Origin: Dudresnaya verticillata
Lineage: Eukaryota
Assembly (NCBI GenBank): GCA_977862235.1
Contig: OZ374557.1
Location: 2,046,001-2,110,000 of the forward strand
Length of the DNA: 64,000 bases
Direction of reading: 5' to 3'
Under the pieces are notes generated by a model that was not told the origin of the DNA, searched no databases, and was given only the letters and a program-made list of their open reading frames with translations. The position numbers were made by a program, and so were the translations under genes. Positions 50,003-64,000 of this stretch are shown in pieces. Every line of letters begins with the position of its first letter. The first letter of the stretch is position 1.

Positions 50003-52086
50003 CCCGCCATCGCCCGGGAAACAACCAATTTGTTCGTGGCAACAACATGCAGCAGACGTACCCCTCCGCTGCAAACTCGTATGCCCAAACGCGGGATGAG
50101 GATGACGCGCACATGATAACTCGCGTCTCCGATGGGAGTTACTATCCGCGCGCCCCACCCGCCCAGAACGACGAGGATCACGGTTATCCGGACATGGTAC
50201 AGCATCCGTATGTGTGGTATAGACGCTGTCCGCGAAACGAATCCGTGGTCTACGTGAACATAATCGAGAAATACGAATTTCGAAGTGACTCCGTGAATGT
50301 GTACGCCACGATGGCAAACGTATTACAGTGCGCATACTGTGCGCGCGCCACGATGGCACTCGCATTACAGCACGCACGTGATACGAAATCGCTGACACCT
50401 CCGGCCGAATTCCGAGCCGACTTCGTGATCGCGCGCGCCACGATGGCATTCGCATTACAGTGCGCACCCGATACGAAATCGCTGACACCTTCGTGACTTT
50501 CCCGTTGTTTCCCGTGCGTAACGGCACCGGGGCCGACGAGACACGCGCACCTCTGTATGCATCGCTGGCGCACTTCGTAACCGCCACCATACGTGAGTCG
50601 ACCGTTCGTTGGCACCGAGGCCGCTACGAATCATTCGAGTACGAACCGTCTCCCGCGTTGACGTGCATTTGTGCTCACGTAGTATTACTTAGCCAGTCGT
50701 CTGGCACAACCTCCGAGGGTTTCCGAAGCGACTAGCGCCCGGACCTCGGAGTCTTCGGTAAACGCCTGTTTCTTCGAGTTCGGTGTCTTCGTCTTCGTGA
50801 CCGCGGATACGGTCGAGCCTCGCTATCGATAGCCCCGCGCACCCGGAGTCATCCCCGGTGATCGATCGCTCGAGTTATCCCTTCCGCACACGAATACGTT
50901 GACACCGTGGTCCTTCGTGTTGGTCGCTCCGCTATACCACGCACCACCCCTTTTCGTTTCTCTGTTAGGCTACGAGGCCATTCGTTAGGCTCCGAGGCGA
51001 TTCCTTACAGTGCGAGACTTTCCCGCGTCACCGTGGACTTCGTTATGCCACACTGGTCTCCCGACCTAGAACGTGGTTCCTAAGTTTCGCATTTATTCGT
51101 AATTTGCTTCTATCCGAGACCCGATGTCTCACGCTCCGAGTCGTCCCGATTCGCCGGTACCGAAACCCGATGAGGTACCGATTCCGGAGCTCCCGTTGTT
51201 CGACTCGAACGCGAGTGACCAAAAACCGTTTTCTCGCACTCTTGTTTCACGTATAACGGTACCCGATCTTCGCATAGACTCGCGTTGGCAGGCTCACGGT
51301 AGCCAGTCCGACCTTTCGAATGCGTACACTCCGTTGGGGATCGTTCCCTCGGATAACGTCGATCGACCCTTCTCGATGAAGGAAGTCTCCGGTGCAGAAC
51401 TACTTTTGCTCTACGAAGAGGTCATCGACGCGCTTTCCACTGCGTACCGTATCACGCAGCTTTCAATTCGTAATACGCATAATCGAGTTCACGCAGATTT
51501 CAATACTTTCCGCGCCGACAAGGTCCGTAGGATCGAAGACTTACTCGAGAGTCTCCGGGATCTCGTCTCGGGAGTCAGCAACGGTTTCCTCATGCTCGAG
51601 AGCAACGTATCCGCCCCGTGGGCAAGGCGAGTCACTCGCTTCCCGTTCGCAGCTCGCACGCATTCTCCGAGGAACAGTTGAACGCTATTCGTGACATCGT
51701 GTCCGCCGCGTTACCGAAGGAAAGGACTCAAAGTCGCGAAGATCGTCCCGATGCCCGTCCTGACCCCCGTAATTCGCCGCTAGTTCAACCCGTGCAAGAT
51801 CCAGGTGCCCAATCTACGTTACCGAAAAACACGTATCCGAATCAGTCCCCGCACCCTTCATCGCATCAGGCAACCGATGCATTCGACAACCCCCGTATCA
51901 ACCCCACAGTATTCAGAGATTCACTTCAACCACCGATGTCCACCGGACGACCCGTAATCGAAAATTCGTTATCGCTCGCGGGACCCGTGTCATCGTTCTG
52001 GCACTGGGGACCGCTCGAGCCGGGCGTTGAACCGATACCGATGCTCATTCCCGAATTCGCGCGGGGCGTAAGCTATCGATCGTATC

Positions 52087-52867
52087 TGTAGTATAGACGT
52101 CGGGTCGATCCGACATCTGATACTTGCTGGTCCGAAGCCGCCACACAGACCCGTCGATGGGTAGCTGTTGGGGTTGGTAGAGCGGTGTCGGCCGCGTGCG
52201 CCCCGCAGGTGCGGATCAACGGCGTCGATGCCGGAGCGCGCACGGGGCGTACCGTACGCGGGTAGGCAGCGGCCGGATCCCAGCGTCCCTGTCGAAGGGC
52301 GGCACGAAGCCGACGGAAAGGAAAAGGAAAGAGGAAAGCCTAGCGAGGCAAGGGGAAAAAAGGGAAACCGCCCGCTGGCGTAAGACAAAGGGATCGAACC
52401 CGAAAAGGCTGGGGGCAAGCTTCAGCGCGAGCTGTTGCTTGCCCGGTTTACTGAGCTGTCGATGGCCGACGGTCTTAAATACCCTACAATATGTGCACTA
52501 CGACTACTTCTACAGTAGGTGCGCCCCACAACACCAACGCGGGAGGTGTGCGAGCGCGCGCCCATACACGTGTCGACACGTCCGGGTACCGGTTACCCGT
52601 GGGCGCGCGCGGGGCGAAACGGGCAGCGGCCCTCTCAACGGCTCGATGCCGGAGAGCGTCTCAGGGGCGCGGCGTGTGTGGCACGGCGCGCGGCCGCTGC
52701 CGGCAGCAATGCGGTCGACCGCGACCGCTACTAATTCAACGAAAAAACTAAGGGCACGCTGCCCAACCACGACTCGCCAGCGGGCGTCATCGTGTGCACC
52801 ATTACAGTGCGGCGCTGCCAGCATACCTTACAGCCGCTGCTGATAGTGTGCTGACAGCTATACTACA
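52087..52867 (-). mobile_element. Duplicate of solo LTR B (TSD GTATC)
   Basis: Matches 9288-10068. Confidence 0.96.
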
Positions 52868-53704
52868 GTATCGACTCACGAATTCGTCACCTCGGGATAA
52901 TCAACACGAAGTATTCCCAGGTAACACATCGAAAACCGTTTCGCGCATACGTTCGATGATGCCGAGACTCGAGACGTTTAAGAGACGCGATCCGATTAAG
53001 GTTCTCGCATTTCGTCGTGATATTCGACAAGCGCTGAACGGAATCGGGCTCATCGAAGGAGCAGCAGTTCGTACGATCTCGTGGTTCCTCGACGAGACCG
53101 CGCTCAAGGTGTATCAACTCTATACCTTCGGAGGCGTTCGTACTGGCAACCCGGTTTGCTGGTCCTCTATCGTGAACGTATTGCTACAACGCTATCTCAA
53201 AGAAGATGTAATCGCTGACGCAAACGCTCGCATGATTACCGCGAAGCAGAAGTCCGAAGAAACCGAGATCGAAATTGCGCCTCGTCTACAAGGCTACACG
53301 GATCTCTGCTACGGTGTCTACGATGACTCTTCGCTAACGCACCAATTTATTTTTGTACTACTACCTACTACGTATCCTATCGTGGCCGACCAGGCTCACC
53401 GTTTAACGTTGTCCGAGCAAAAGAACTTCATGAGCGTACAACGAATCGCGCAAGCCGAAGGTACGACATTCCGAGATCGCGAACAACGTGACACCGCGGC
53501 CCAACAGTCGCGTGATTCGAAGAACCGAGCGTCCGCTACGTACCGAAGAGTCGCCAAGCGCCCGGATGCACGATACTTATCGAAGCTTGCGACACACGCG
53601 GGAGTGAATTCGAGTACCCGATGAACGAAGATCCGCAAATGGCCGTGATGATGATTCGTGCAGGAACCGGGTCCACATCCGCTACACCGACTACTTCGAC
53701 AACG

Positions 53705-56700
53705 AACACTGGTTTCCCACGTTACAGAATCTACTTTCAAATAAAGACTGAAATAAAACGCTTCGAACGTACCTGCATTGGAAAGGTGAGCGTCCCTGGA
53801 GCACTCTGGTGCAAACGGAATAGAAAACGAAGTAGTAGTTCGCGCGTTATGTCGGTTTGCGTGCTAACCCGGCAGGGGTCTGAAAGAATCAATTTTGATG
53901 TAATTTCTGAGCTTTTTTACTTCGGATTTTGAGGTAACCTAGGCTACTTCCATGGGCACCTCACCGCACAATATACTCTGCCCCAACAGTGCAGAACGAC
54001 TCATCAGTCCAATTTCGCGCACACCCCAGCATGCAGAGTGCCGAAGCACTGCCATGATTTCCCTTCCCGGACTCACTCCGGTGCAACTTCTCGCATTATT
54101 CAACTGGCAACTGCAGGCTAAGTCTCTATTGACATGCACTCCCTGCTCTTCCCTAGGCTTCAGGACTTGCTCTGCACAGTCGCACTCGCCCGCTACACTC
54201 TCCCTCACCACCGACACATCGGCTCGTTGTCATCCGCGAGAACCAAAACCCCCGCCCAAGTATTGTAATCCCTGCTTCACCAACATTACAGCAAGTGCTG
54301 CACAATGCGACGGTATTCATGTTGCGCTCTTCCCAGTTTTTACCGTCCTCTCCGTCTATGTACTGAATGTGGTTTGGACTGGGCTCCGGTACTGACTTTT
54401 GTCCCACGTTGTCGTGCATTCGCCATGGTCATACGTTTGACCTCGTTCCCCGCTTCGGATATCTCGTACTTCACTCGTTCGGTTCCCTATACATGTAGCG
54501 AGCTTCAGCTCGCCAGACACCGCGGTCAAAACCACAAATGCCCATTTCTAGCCGTGCCGTTGAACCACAGTGCACTCAACGCCGTCTCCCGTAGTATTCC
54601 GCACCACGATTCCTTACTTGCGCCCGTTTCCCTCTTCAAGCGCCTCAGCATGATAAACATACACAACCGCTCCCGTACTCGCTTTGCCTGCAACTAACAC
54701 TCCTCAACTACCTTTACCATAAACCTCAGTCCGCTTCAGACTCCGGGTCTTCTCCATCCACCTCCACCGTCCACCACCCCAACATAACCAGTATTCCCTT
54801 CAGCACCACCTGTACCGCCTCCCCAACTGCGACGGCATCCGCAATCATGACCCGTGCCCCCCCATATTGGGTATAATCGCCTGGCACGAGCTTTTCAGAA
54901 TCCTCCGTCCACAGCATCTATTCCAGATCGAGTGCGGTTTTGCTACCATGGCCTTGCAACTTCTGGAACGTGGACAAAGACATGCACCATGAACTCCGCA
55001 GATATGCATCGCGACTGAATTCCGAGTTTTGACCCCACGAACATGTTGCGTGAAGTTCAGAATCTTCGGGCTGAGGTTCTTGACATGAGGTCGTTCATTG
55101 ATGACGCACGAGTGCGCCTGGATGCCGTTTATAGCGATGTTTTCAACCGCGTGGGAAAGGTGGTTGTACAGGTGACGAGTTTTGCCAGGCAGGCTCCAGA
55201 CAGACTATGTTCAATTGAAGAAAGGTTGGGAATTGAACACAGAGAATAGGTGGACATCGAGTTGGATTCAGATCCGGAATCACATTTGCCTGCCTCTCCA
55301 GTTTGAGCTCCATTGCACTGAACACCGAAGTGCACAGTGAGAAGAGGCTACACGAGAAATCAGAATGACGCGTCAAACACTCCAGGAGCTGAGAGGTGAG
55401 ATTGACGAACTCCGTGTGCATGTTCGCCAACTGCAAACGGGAGCAAACTATCTCGATGTGCAACTTCGAGCCGCTGCACAAGCCGTGAGGATGATTGTGT
55501 ATGGTGAAGGCAGGCGAGTTGTGAACGGGCTGAGGGGTATTAGAGGGAGAGTTAGGGTCCAATTCAGGGCGATTAACAGAATTTATGGCCCAGCACAGAA
55601 CGAAGAGAACCCCGCTTCGGATGGGGAGAGATACCGGAAATATTTAGCCATCGGCAGTCGTTAGAGTGGTCCTGTGCCTCGCGACAAACTGCGGTTAGTA
55701 CATGCTCTGAAATGGAAACTGCGTTCTATTGCATCTTTCTATGTTGTCTCACGTTCGAACATCACGACACGGGCCCATTTCCGTGCTTGAAATGACATAA
55801 GTACGAACCCGCTCACTATTCCCATAGCCATCGAAAACAGAGAAGGGAACAGACAGTGCAATCGACGGTAATGTCGCGGAGGAGGACTCCCTGCGCTGTG
55901 CGCTGTGCTCAGGGAATTTGGGCTTGTGAGAACCATTATGCTTCACATGGGCGCACCGGCTCTAAACCCGGGGCGGGGTTACCAACGATAGCCTCGGCGC
56001 GAACAGGAGGAGCTGGTGGAAGTGTGGATGGCGCGCGCGGTATGGTGCGCGAGGTGCACGCACAAATCTGGCGACGAGCGCCGGCAGGCGGCGGTCGGTG
56101 TAGGACAGAGCCCCGGATAGGTTTTCACGGCACGACCTTGCAGAAACCTAGAAACTAATATCAATATTGACGAATAGGTTTTCACGGCGCGCGAGATCGA
56201 ATGTCTATTTAATAGGTACTTCTACACTGAATCTGTAAATACCTATATAGGTATTTTCCAAGGTACTTTCACAAAACCTATTTTAATAGGTTTTGCTCTC
56301 GGCGCGTCAAAAATACCTTTATAGGTATTTGTAAGCACGAAACCAGAATACCTATTAGAAACATTTTGCGTCGCTGGGTCGAGAAAACTAAAAAGTAATA
56401 TTGATATTGCCGGATAGGTCCTGACGGCTCGCATTCGCAGAAACCTATCCGGCCCACATGGGCGGTCGCTCAGTGGGCACCTCGGATGCTTACGGGCGCA
56501 AAGTACGGCGACCGACAGCGGCAGCTGCTGCCGCGTACCAGTCGCCTCAAATGTGCTCATCACCGCCCCGCCCTTTCCGCGATTTCTGCGCACCCCGCTT
56601 TCAAGACTCGTTCGCCTGCAAGCAGGCAGAAGCGTGTGATAACTCACGCACAGCGCAGCCATGCCTAGGCGAAGGCGCCTCCCTGCCCGAACATCTGGCC

Positions 56701-59700
56701 ACCTGACCGCGCAAGCAGTGCTTCCCTGCCGATGCGCTCGTTTCCCTCACCGACAGGGACCAGGTGCGCGCTGACCATCTGCGACCGTGTTGTCCTGGCG
56801 GGAGACAATGTATTCCTGTGGACGAAATCGGCGCTGCGGGTCACGGTGCGGTATGTTGGCGTCCAACTTGGGGTAGCGGGTGGAAGACTGTTGCGCGCGA
56901 CAGGTTATATTTAGTTTACATTGTGAGGGACGTGGCTTATCGAATGTTTAGAATGGGACCGGTGCGCGTGGGAAATCGAGTGCCGTTTACCGAAGGTGAA
57001 GGTGGTTTGTAATTTGTGGTGAGAGAGTGGATGGGAGAGTATGGTATACCGCACAGACAGGTGAGGTGATGGTATTATGGGTAGTATGTCCGTCAGCACG
57101 CACAACAAGGCCGATGGGTTCAGCGCACGCGCTGTTGACGCTTCTACTACGGAGCAGCTCGGATGATGAATCAGGTTTGCACCAGCAGGTCGTGGTGCTG
57201 CGCTTCGCTACTGACAGCTCTCATGCCTGTGGATATGTTTGTAAGTCCAGCTGTACTAAACGTTTTGTCATGAAAACTGAGCTGAAAGCCCCTTCTACTA
57301 CGGAAAACAAGAGGTGTGTGGCGAGGTTCAAATGCAATGGGGACAGTATCCAGTATTGTGCGGATACGGCCAAAAACACTACCACCATCGATGACACGTT
57401 GACTATCTTTTCGTCTGTGGCATGAGAATGGCGACCATGTCGCTCAGACCATTGCAGTCTTCAATAACACGGGAACCGTATGATTCGGTCACGTTCTCAA
57501 CTGAATCGTTATCCCTGGAAGTGATTACGTGCCCCGGCGTATCAATTATTTTAAGAACACGATCCATGTCAGCATACTATGTATTACAACGAGGCAACCA
57601 GGAGCGAGGAGCTTCAGTTTGGACTGGAAGCATTCCGCAGATTTTCTCTGCAATGCAAGATGTCAAGTCGGTTCGAGAGCTGCGAGTAGAGCTTGTTCTG
57701 ATTGGCAAAATTGGGTAAACTGCCACTCAAGCCCATGCTTTTAACCGCTATCATGAATATTACCGGCCAAAAGAGGTCTGCAAACGATTCTAGTGTCACT
57801 AATGTATTTCATGTGAACGTGCCTGCGTTGTCGCATATAGTGCTGCATGGTTTACATTCTGTACTGAAATGGCCCTACACATGTACTTTGTACTTGCGCC
57901 TACAGATGATTATCATTAGTAGGTACCAGACAGCCTGTGTAATAGCCTGATGGTTCTCTAACTGCCCATGAACTCGGTTGTGCATCTTCTTCTTGAATAT
58001 AGTGTTGAAAATGTCTGCTCTTTCATGTCATACGGTTCAGGTCAAATGAATAATTCATAGGGTTGCTCGTTCATGGGCATTTGTGGGTTTACATGGAGCA
58101 TGAAGCATATATTACAGAATCGGTGAGCGGAAGTGTTGAACAAGATGCAGTACCGAGCCTGAAGGGTATGACTAACGATGAAGATGTTTGGAACTTCTTC
58201 TCTAAAGTGGGTCAGTGGGGCATAAAGCAAACTAACATATGTGATATGTTGGTTTCGGTGCAGTCACGGCTGCGATTGTCGTGGAGTGAGCCTGTGGAGA
58301 ACTACTGGTTTGGTGGTGGTGGCGTATACGGAGGGGAAGCTTGATTCTGTTGTCACCCTTGGCTACGAGTACTAGTCCCTTAGCGTCTGGAAATGGAACA
58401 GCGCGTCGTGTCGCGGTAGTTGGTGTCGAGTATCAGACACGCTACAGGCATATGAAAAGTACACCCCGAGAACCATCTGCGATATGCACACAATCACAAA
58501 AATTGATGAGCGTATTGCCTCTCTAGAACACGCTTTCGCCTTGGGTAGTCTTCCTAGAAGGGTACCCTGGTACCGCTAGCGGCATTTCCATAACCAGCAA
58601 CATGTCCTCCACCCAACCTGCCTGCCTGGTCCCCGTCGTCATTAAGGCTTTGCTGCAGCATTCCTAGAAGTCTTTTCTTCCTGTTTCAAACAGAATTTGT
58701 CTCCTCCCGACGGCTTTCCCTGGCGGCCCGCCCAGGAAGTCAAGTCTGACGGGCTGTGGCTCGATCCCGACGATACGGCCCCCCAGTCGCGCCCAAGCGA
58801 GTCCTAGGCGACGTTTTCAAGGGCGACAAGCTTGTCGTCTAGCGGCAGCGTGTCTCCTGCTTTTATTCTTCAAAACTCCCCCCATTCTCGGACAAAGCTT
58901 CCTCCGGCACTGAAACTCCTTTAGATTCCGATGCTCATACCTGGCTCCATTCCACGCATCAGAGAAGGAGCCGTGCCCAAAGACTGAACTTGGCATTAAC
59001 ACCCCGGGTACCAACACATCGCGCTCGCAGCGGACCAAGCTGAGTACTACGCCTCGTTGAGAACGTCCGCGTGACGGTCCGCGGAGTCGTGCAGAAAGAG
59101 CGATATGTTCGCCGCAAGATGCAGCATTTCACATTCCGTCGCGCCCTCCCAAACGCCTGCGTGATCAGTCAGGACATCCAACGAGGATCGCATCCAACAG
59201 ACAACGGTTATCGTGTACAGGGCGATCAATCACACTACCACCGGTCAGACGACTATAAAGATCAGGAGCTACATTACGAAGAGCATGAACTTCACCATGA
59301 TCAAAACTATGATCGACAATCGCATTTCACTAAGGTCGAGAATGTGTAGCTCGAATTAGCCCACGCCGCAATGTGCAGGAGGACTGCAGCACTGCCTACG
59401 TGCAGCCGAAATGGATACTTGGTGCTGTATCACCCCCCCAATAATGCGCTCCGAAACATCACTGAAGTTTCCGTCAGGGTGCTTGGCAGCCTGACACGGA
59501 CACGACGGCCAGGTGAGCTGTATCGAACTGATGAGTAGTTCTGCACTTTTGGGGCGGCGTATACTGTGCGGTGAGGCGCCCACGGAAGTAGCCGAGGTTA
59601 CCTAAAATTCCGAATTAAAAATAACAGAAGTTAAAGCAAAATTAAAAATCCAGACCGGCTGTCGGGTTAGCACGCAAACCGACACTACTCACGAACTACT

Positions 59701-59829
59701 ACTTAGTTTTCTATTCCGTTTGCACCAGAGTACTCAAGAGACGCTCCCCTTTCCAAAGCATGTACTTGGGAAGCGTTTTATTTCAATCTGTTTTTGAAAG
59801 TACATTCTGAAACGATGGAAACCAGTGTT
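53705..59829. mobile_element. Duplicate of the 6.1-kb TIR element
   Basis: Matches 10906-17030 with the same AACG flanks. Confidence 0.92.
56113..56452. repeat. Duplicate of the 35-bp module array
   Basis: Matches 13314-13653, with one substitution at 56298. Confidence 0.9.
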
Positions 59830-60719
59830 AACGGTCTCCGTGGACGATACGTTAGATCTCACGAGTCGCATCGAGCGTTTCGTACCCGCGCGCGTTCCCC
59901 ACATGACCCCGGAGCAAATCGAGATGGCGTGTTCGATGATCCCGAAGAACCAGGACGCGTGGCCGTGTTGGTTCTGTCGCAAAATCGGTCACCTGATGTA
60001 TTCGTGTCCGTATCTCACGAAGTGACAACTCTATTGCGCGTATCAGAACTATCTCTATCAACTCGAGGCGAGACCGTATACGCGTAGTAACGTCGTGAAT
60101 CGCGGTACCGCAAGAGGGAATTAGTTTGGATCCGTTGACAATCGAGGCCACCGTGGACAAGACTCCCGAGGATCGCGTGACAGTCGCGTAAACCGAGAAC
60201 TTCGTCAAGGCGATACGCGCTACCCGTGGGACCGAGCCCAGCGTCAACTCAGCTTTGAGCGTCGAGGGCCGCCGACTGTCCTCCGCAATCCGAGACACGC
60301 GCAGCCCCGGGCCGTCAACCGGTTCTCGCACTCCGGAAAACGTTGACGCGATTGAGCCGAGTCACCCGAACCTGCCCTCGGAGGCTTACGAAGACTCCGC
60401 GAACAACGGAAGAGGTGATCGATCAACCACCCCTTTGGACGCGGACGCTCGTAGTTCGCATTCTAGTCCGAGTTCGGAATACGAGTAAAGGCGAAGACGC
60501 CAGTTGTGTAACGTACTTCGTCCGAATCCGTTCCCCGAGACACTCCGCATATTCCGATTCTGAGAGCCGCCGCGATGCGAAGGAAGGGCGCTGCAAGACG
60601 ACGAGACCGAAAGCGATGTCCAGGCCTTGCGAAAGCCGCTTCGTGCGAAAACAATTCGAAGAAGATACCGATCTCCAAGATCGAACCCGAAGTTACCACC
60701 GAGTGATACGTTTGCTTGA

Positions 60720-61562
60720 AGTGGAATAGACGCTATCCGTGAAACGACTCCGTGGTCTACGTGAAAATAATCGAGAAATACGAATTTCGAAATGACTCCG
60801 TGAATGCGCATGCCACGATGGAAAACGTATTACAGTGCGCATACTATGCGCGAGCCACGATGGCATACGCATTACAGCACGCACGTGATACGAAATCGCT
60901 GACACCTCCGGACGAAACCCGAGCCGACTTCGTGATCGCGCGCGTCACGATGGCATTCGCATTACAGTGCGCACCCGATACGAAATCGCTGACACCTTCG
61001 TGACTTTCCCGTTGTTTCCCGCGCGTAACGGCACCGGAGCCCACGAGACACGCGCACCTCCGTATGCATCGCTGGCGCACTTCGCAACCGCCACCATACG
61101 TGAGGCGACCGTTCGTTGGCACCGAGGCCGTTACGAATCATTCGAGTACGAACCGTCTCCCGAGTTGACGCGCATTCGTGCTCACGTAGTAGTACTTAGC
61201 CAGTCGTCTGGCACAACCTCCGAGGGTTTTCGGTAAGCGACTAGCGCCCGGACCTCGGAGTCTTCGGTAAACGCCTGTTTCTTCGAGTTCGGTGTCTTCG
61301 TCTTCGTGACCGCGGATACGGTCGAGCCTCGCTTTAGATAGCCCCGCGCACCCGGAGTTATCTCCGGTGATCAATCGCTCGAGTTCTCCCTTCCGCACAC
61401 GAATACGTTGACACCGTGGTCCTTCGTGTTGGTCGCTCCACTCTACCACGCTACCACCCCTTTTCGTTTCTCCGTTAGGCTACGAGGCCATTCTTTAGGC
61501 TCCGAGGCGATTCCCTACAGTGCGAGACTTCCCCGCGTCTCCGTGGACTTCGTTATACCACA
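60720..61562 (+). mobile_element. Solo LTR of family A inserted at the start of element A's own pol
   Basis: Roughly 90-95% identical to 50213-51052. Flanks CTTGA / TTTGA. No PPT before it and no PBS after it. Confidence 0.88.
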
Positions 61563-64000
61563 TTTGATGACTTCGGAGATCTTCCTCGTGACCGGATGCA
61601 TTGGTCTCCAAGCCTCCGTAATGACGCCGCATACGATTGCAGTCGATACGTGTTCCGGTTACAACCTAACAGCCCGGGCTGCGCTACCCATCGGTTGGTA
61701 AGCGAACGCGTCCACGATGGAATCAGCTCCGAGGCTCGCGTCCGCTGATCGCACCCCGTTGCGAATCGATGGTATCGTTTACCTGACAGTCCGCCTTGGG
61801 AACGTTCGATACCGCGTACCCTTCGTGGTTGCGGAAAAACTTGCTGCCGGCGTTCGCCTCGGAACTTCATGGATGGACGCGCATTTACGAAGCATCGAGC
61901 TCAACCCACGGAGGCTCATCATGAAGAGTGGAAACATGATTCCGATAATAAATTCCATGGCTGGATCGGCTCCGCAAGCGATTAATTCGAAAACTCCGAA
62001 GCAGAAATTGGAGAAAACGCTATCGAAGCGACATCAACGCGAGCTCCACGATTGGGACCGAGACACCCGCACCATTCGTCTGAACCGCCGCGTCAAAATA
62101 CCGAGTTATTCGCAGAAGCTAGTCACCCTGACCTCGGAAGCACTCGGACTAATTCATATCGAACCGAAACCTTCGTTACAAAGCCGACACATAGTATGGT
62201 TTACGAGTGGGATACACGATGTCAGGCCGAATCACGAGTTTTCGGTGTTGATGGCACACTTCACGGATAAGCCTCGAGCTCTACCGAAGGGAACCGTCAT
62301 CGGATACGGAGCTCGAAACCCGCTCGCGATTTTGGCATCCGATCGCGAAGTCGCGGATTCGTTTTCCAAAGTGCTCAACATCTCTACGATATGTGAGCAC
62401 GGCGATTCGAAATCACCCGAAGAATCCGTATCCACGAAGGAAAACCGCTCACAAAGGGCGCCGCGACTGCAGCAGCCAAAGCCAATTCGAGTTCCCGCGA
62501 TTGGGAAGAACGCGTAAACCTTTCGAACATACCCGACGAAACTATGCGAAACGAGGTCCTCTAGATGCTACGTAAGCACAAATCGATGTGGAACGGAGAC
62601 CTCGGAACGATCGCAACCACGGAGCATCGGATCGATCTACAACCCGGGACTCGACCTATTCGTTCGATGCCCTACTGTCAAGGGCCCGCGATACGCGAAA
62701 TTGCCTGTAAAGAAATCAACAGTATGCGCGAAGCCGGAGTAATCGAACCAGCCACCTCAGAGTGGGCGTCCCCCGTATTCCTCCCTCCGAAGAAAGACGG
62801 AACACTTCGTTTTTTGCGTAGATTACCGAAGACTCAATACGAAGACACTATCCGACGCGTACCCGCTTCCCCGGATGGAAGATTGTATCGATTCACTCGG
62901 AGACGCTTCGATTTTCTTGACACTCGATTGTAACAGCGGGTACTGACAGATTCTGGTTGCCCCGGAAGACCGCGACAAGACTACTTTTACTTCGTTTCTC
63001 GGAACTTATCGTTATCTTCGTATGCCCTCCGGTTTGAAAAACGCGCCCGCTACGTTTCAACGGGCACTCGGTATCATTATATCTGGAGTCCTTTGGCAGT
63101 GCTGTCTCGTTTACCTCGATGACATGATCGTTTTCTTCGCGAATCTTCGTGAACACATCGCGCATCTAGATCAAGTTCTCGTGCTACTTCGCAACTCCGG
63201 GTTTTCGTTCAAGATGAAGAAGTGCTTCCTTTTCCGCAAGCGAGGCGACTATCTCGGACACGTACTTTCCCGGGGAAGCTGAATATTGCTGAGAAGGGCT
63301 CCGAGGCATTCCGATACGCGAAGTTCCCGAAGACACTCACGCAAGTCCGTTCGTTCCTCGGTGCGTGTAACGCATACCGAAAATTCGTGAAAGACTTCGC
63401 GACAATCAAAAACAAAGGATAGTCTCTTTCACGAAGACGGAGACGGTCTCCTGCAACGAACGCATCCGACAATTCCGAAGTTAACGCAAATGGTATTGCC
63501 CGAAACGCTCCGACCCCGGTTACTTATGCTAGCGTATGATTCGTTACTCGCTAGCCACCCGGGGCAGAATAGCATGTTCTACTCACTTCTTGAAACGTAT
63601 TACTGGCCTTACATGGCTGCCGATATCGCATCTACGGTCCGAAGTTGCAAGCACTGTGAGAAATCGGATTCGCTTACGAAGGAACCTTCATCGCTTGAAG
63701 CTCTTCCCCGCTACGCGCCAACTCAAATCGGTCGCGATTGAAATCTTAGGCCCGTTGCCACGAACGAAATCCGGACGCAAGTTCATCCTCGTGATTACGG
63801 ATCGATTTACGAAGTTGACCCAGGTGGCTACACTATGCATTATAACCGCGTATCACGTCGCAGTCGCGTTTTGCGAAGTTTGGATCTTCAAGTATGGACC
63901 GCCAGCCTCGGTGCTCTCGGAAAACGGAAAACAATTTACTTCGAAGTTCTTTCAGGGCGTCTGCCGCCTACTCGGGTTATCGAACGTGTTCACCTCCGCA
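61563..64000 (+). pseudogene. pol: pol of element A: protease, RT and integrase, RNase H deleted
   Basis: TIAVDTCSGYNL, PKKDGTLRF, MPSGLKNAPATFQR, VYLDD. FVKDFA then runs directly into the integrase N-terminus near 63402. Confidence 0.93.

Larger units (their letters stand above)
42800..60574. repeat. Large direct duplication, copy 2 (matches 1-17775)
   Basis: Same content as copy 1 at +42,799. Confidence 0.98.
50213..64000 (+). mobile_element. Gypsy element A, continuous copy: 5' LTR, PBS, gag, pol, with three nested insertions
   Basis: LTR 50213-51052, PBS 51054-51071, gag 51124-60025, pol ~60705-64000 running off the window. Confidence 0.92.

Noticed and set aside
1..60574. Giant element with 17.8-kb terminal repeats
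   Set aside because: The repeat ends in the middle of element A, has no TG..CA termini and contains old nested insertions. Segmental duplication explains it better.
50213..61562. TR-GAG-type gag-only LTR element
   Set aside because: The outer flanks (GTATG / TTTGA) do not match, there is no PPT before the second LTR, and pol reads through when that LTR is removed.

Overview
Eukaryotic, transposon-saturated DNA with no intact host gene, RNA gene or CRISPR array that I can support. The gag style suggests a red alga, which is inference only. The window is a stack of nested, decayed Ty3/Gypsy chromovirus LTR retrotransposons (labelled A-G here) and solo LTRs. It also holds a tyrosine-recombinase (DIRS/Crypton-like) remnant, an 80-bp LINE-like 3' end with a 13-bp TSD, and a PhyH/2OG-Fe(II)-like pseudogene. 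Positions 1-17775 recur almost identically at 42800-60574 (offset 42,799; four substitutions found), best explained as a recent 42.8-kb tandem duplication with its junction at 17775/17776. The most unusual object is a 6,125-bp element (10906-17030; copy 53705-59829) with ~300-bp imperfect terminal inverted repeats (TIRs), a 4-bp TSD (AACG) and no recognisable transposase. Inside it lies a mirror-symmetric array of eight 35-bp modules of consensus ATAGGT-N23-ACCTAT with mostly unrelated cores (13314-13653), resembling a cassette of recombinase or transposase binding sites. All alignments and identities were done by eye.
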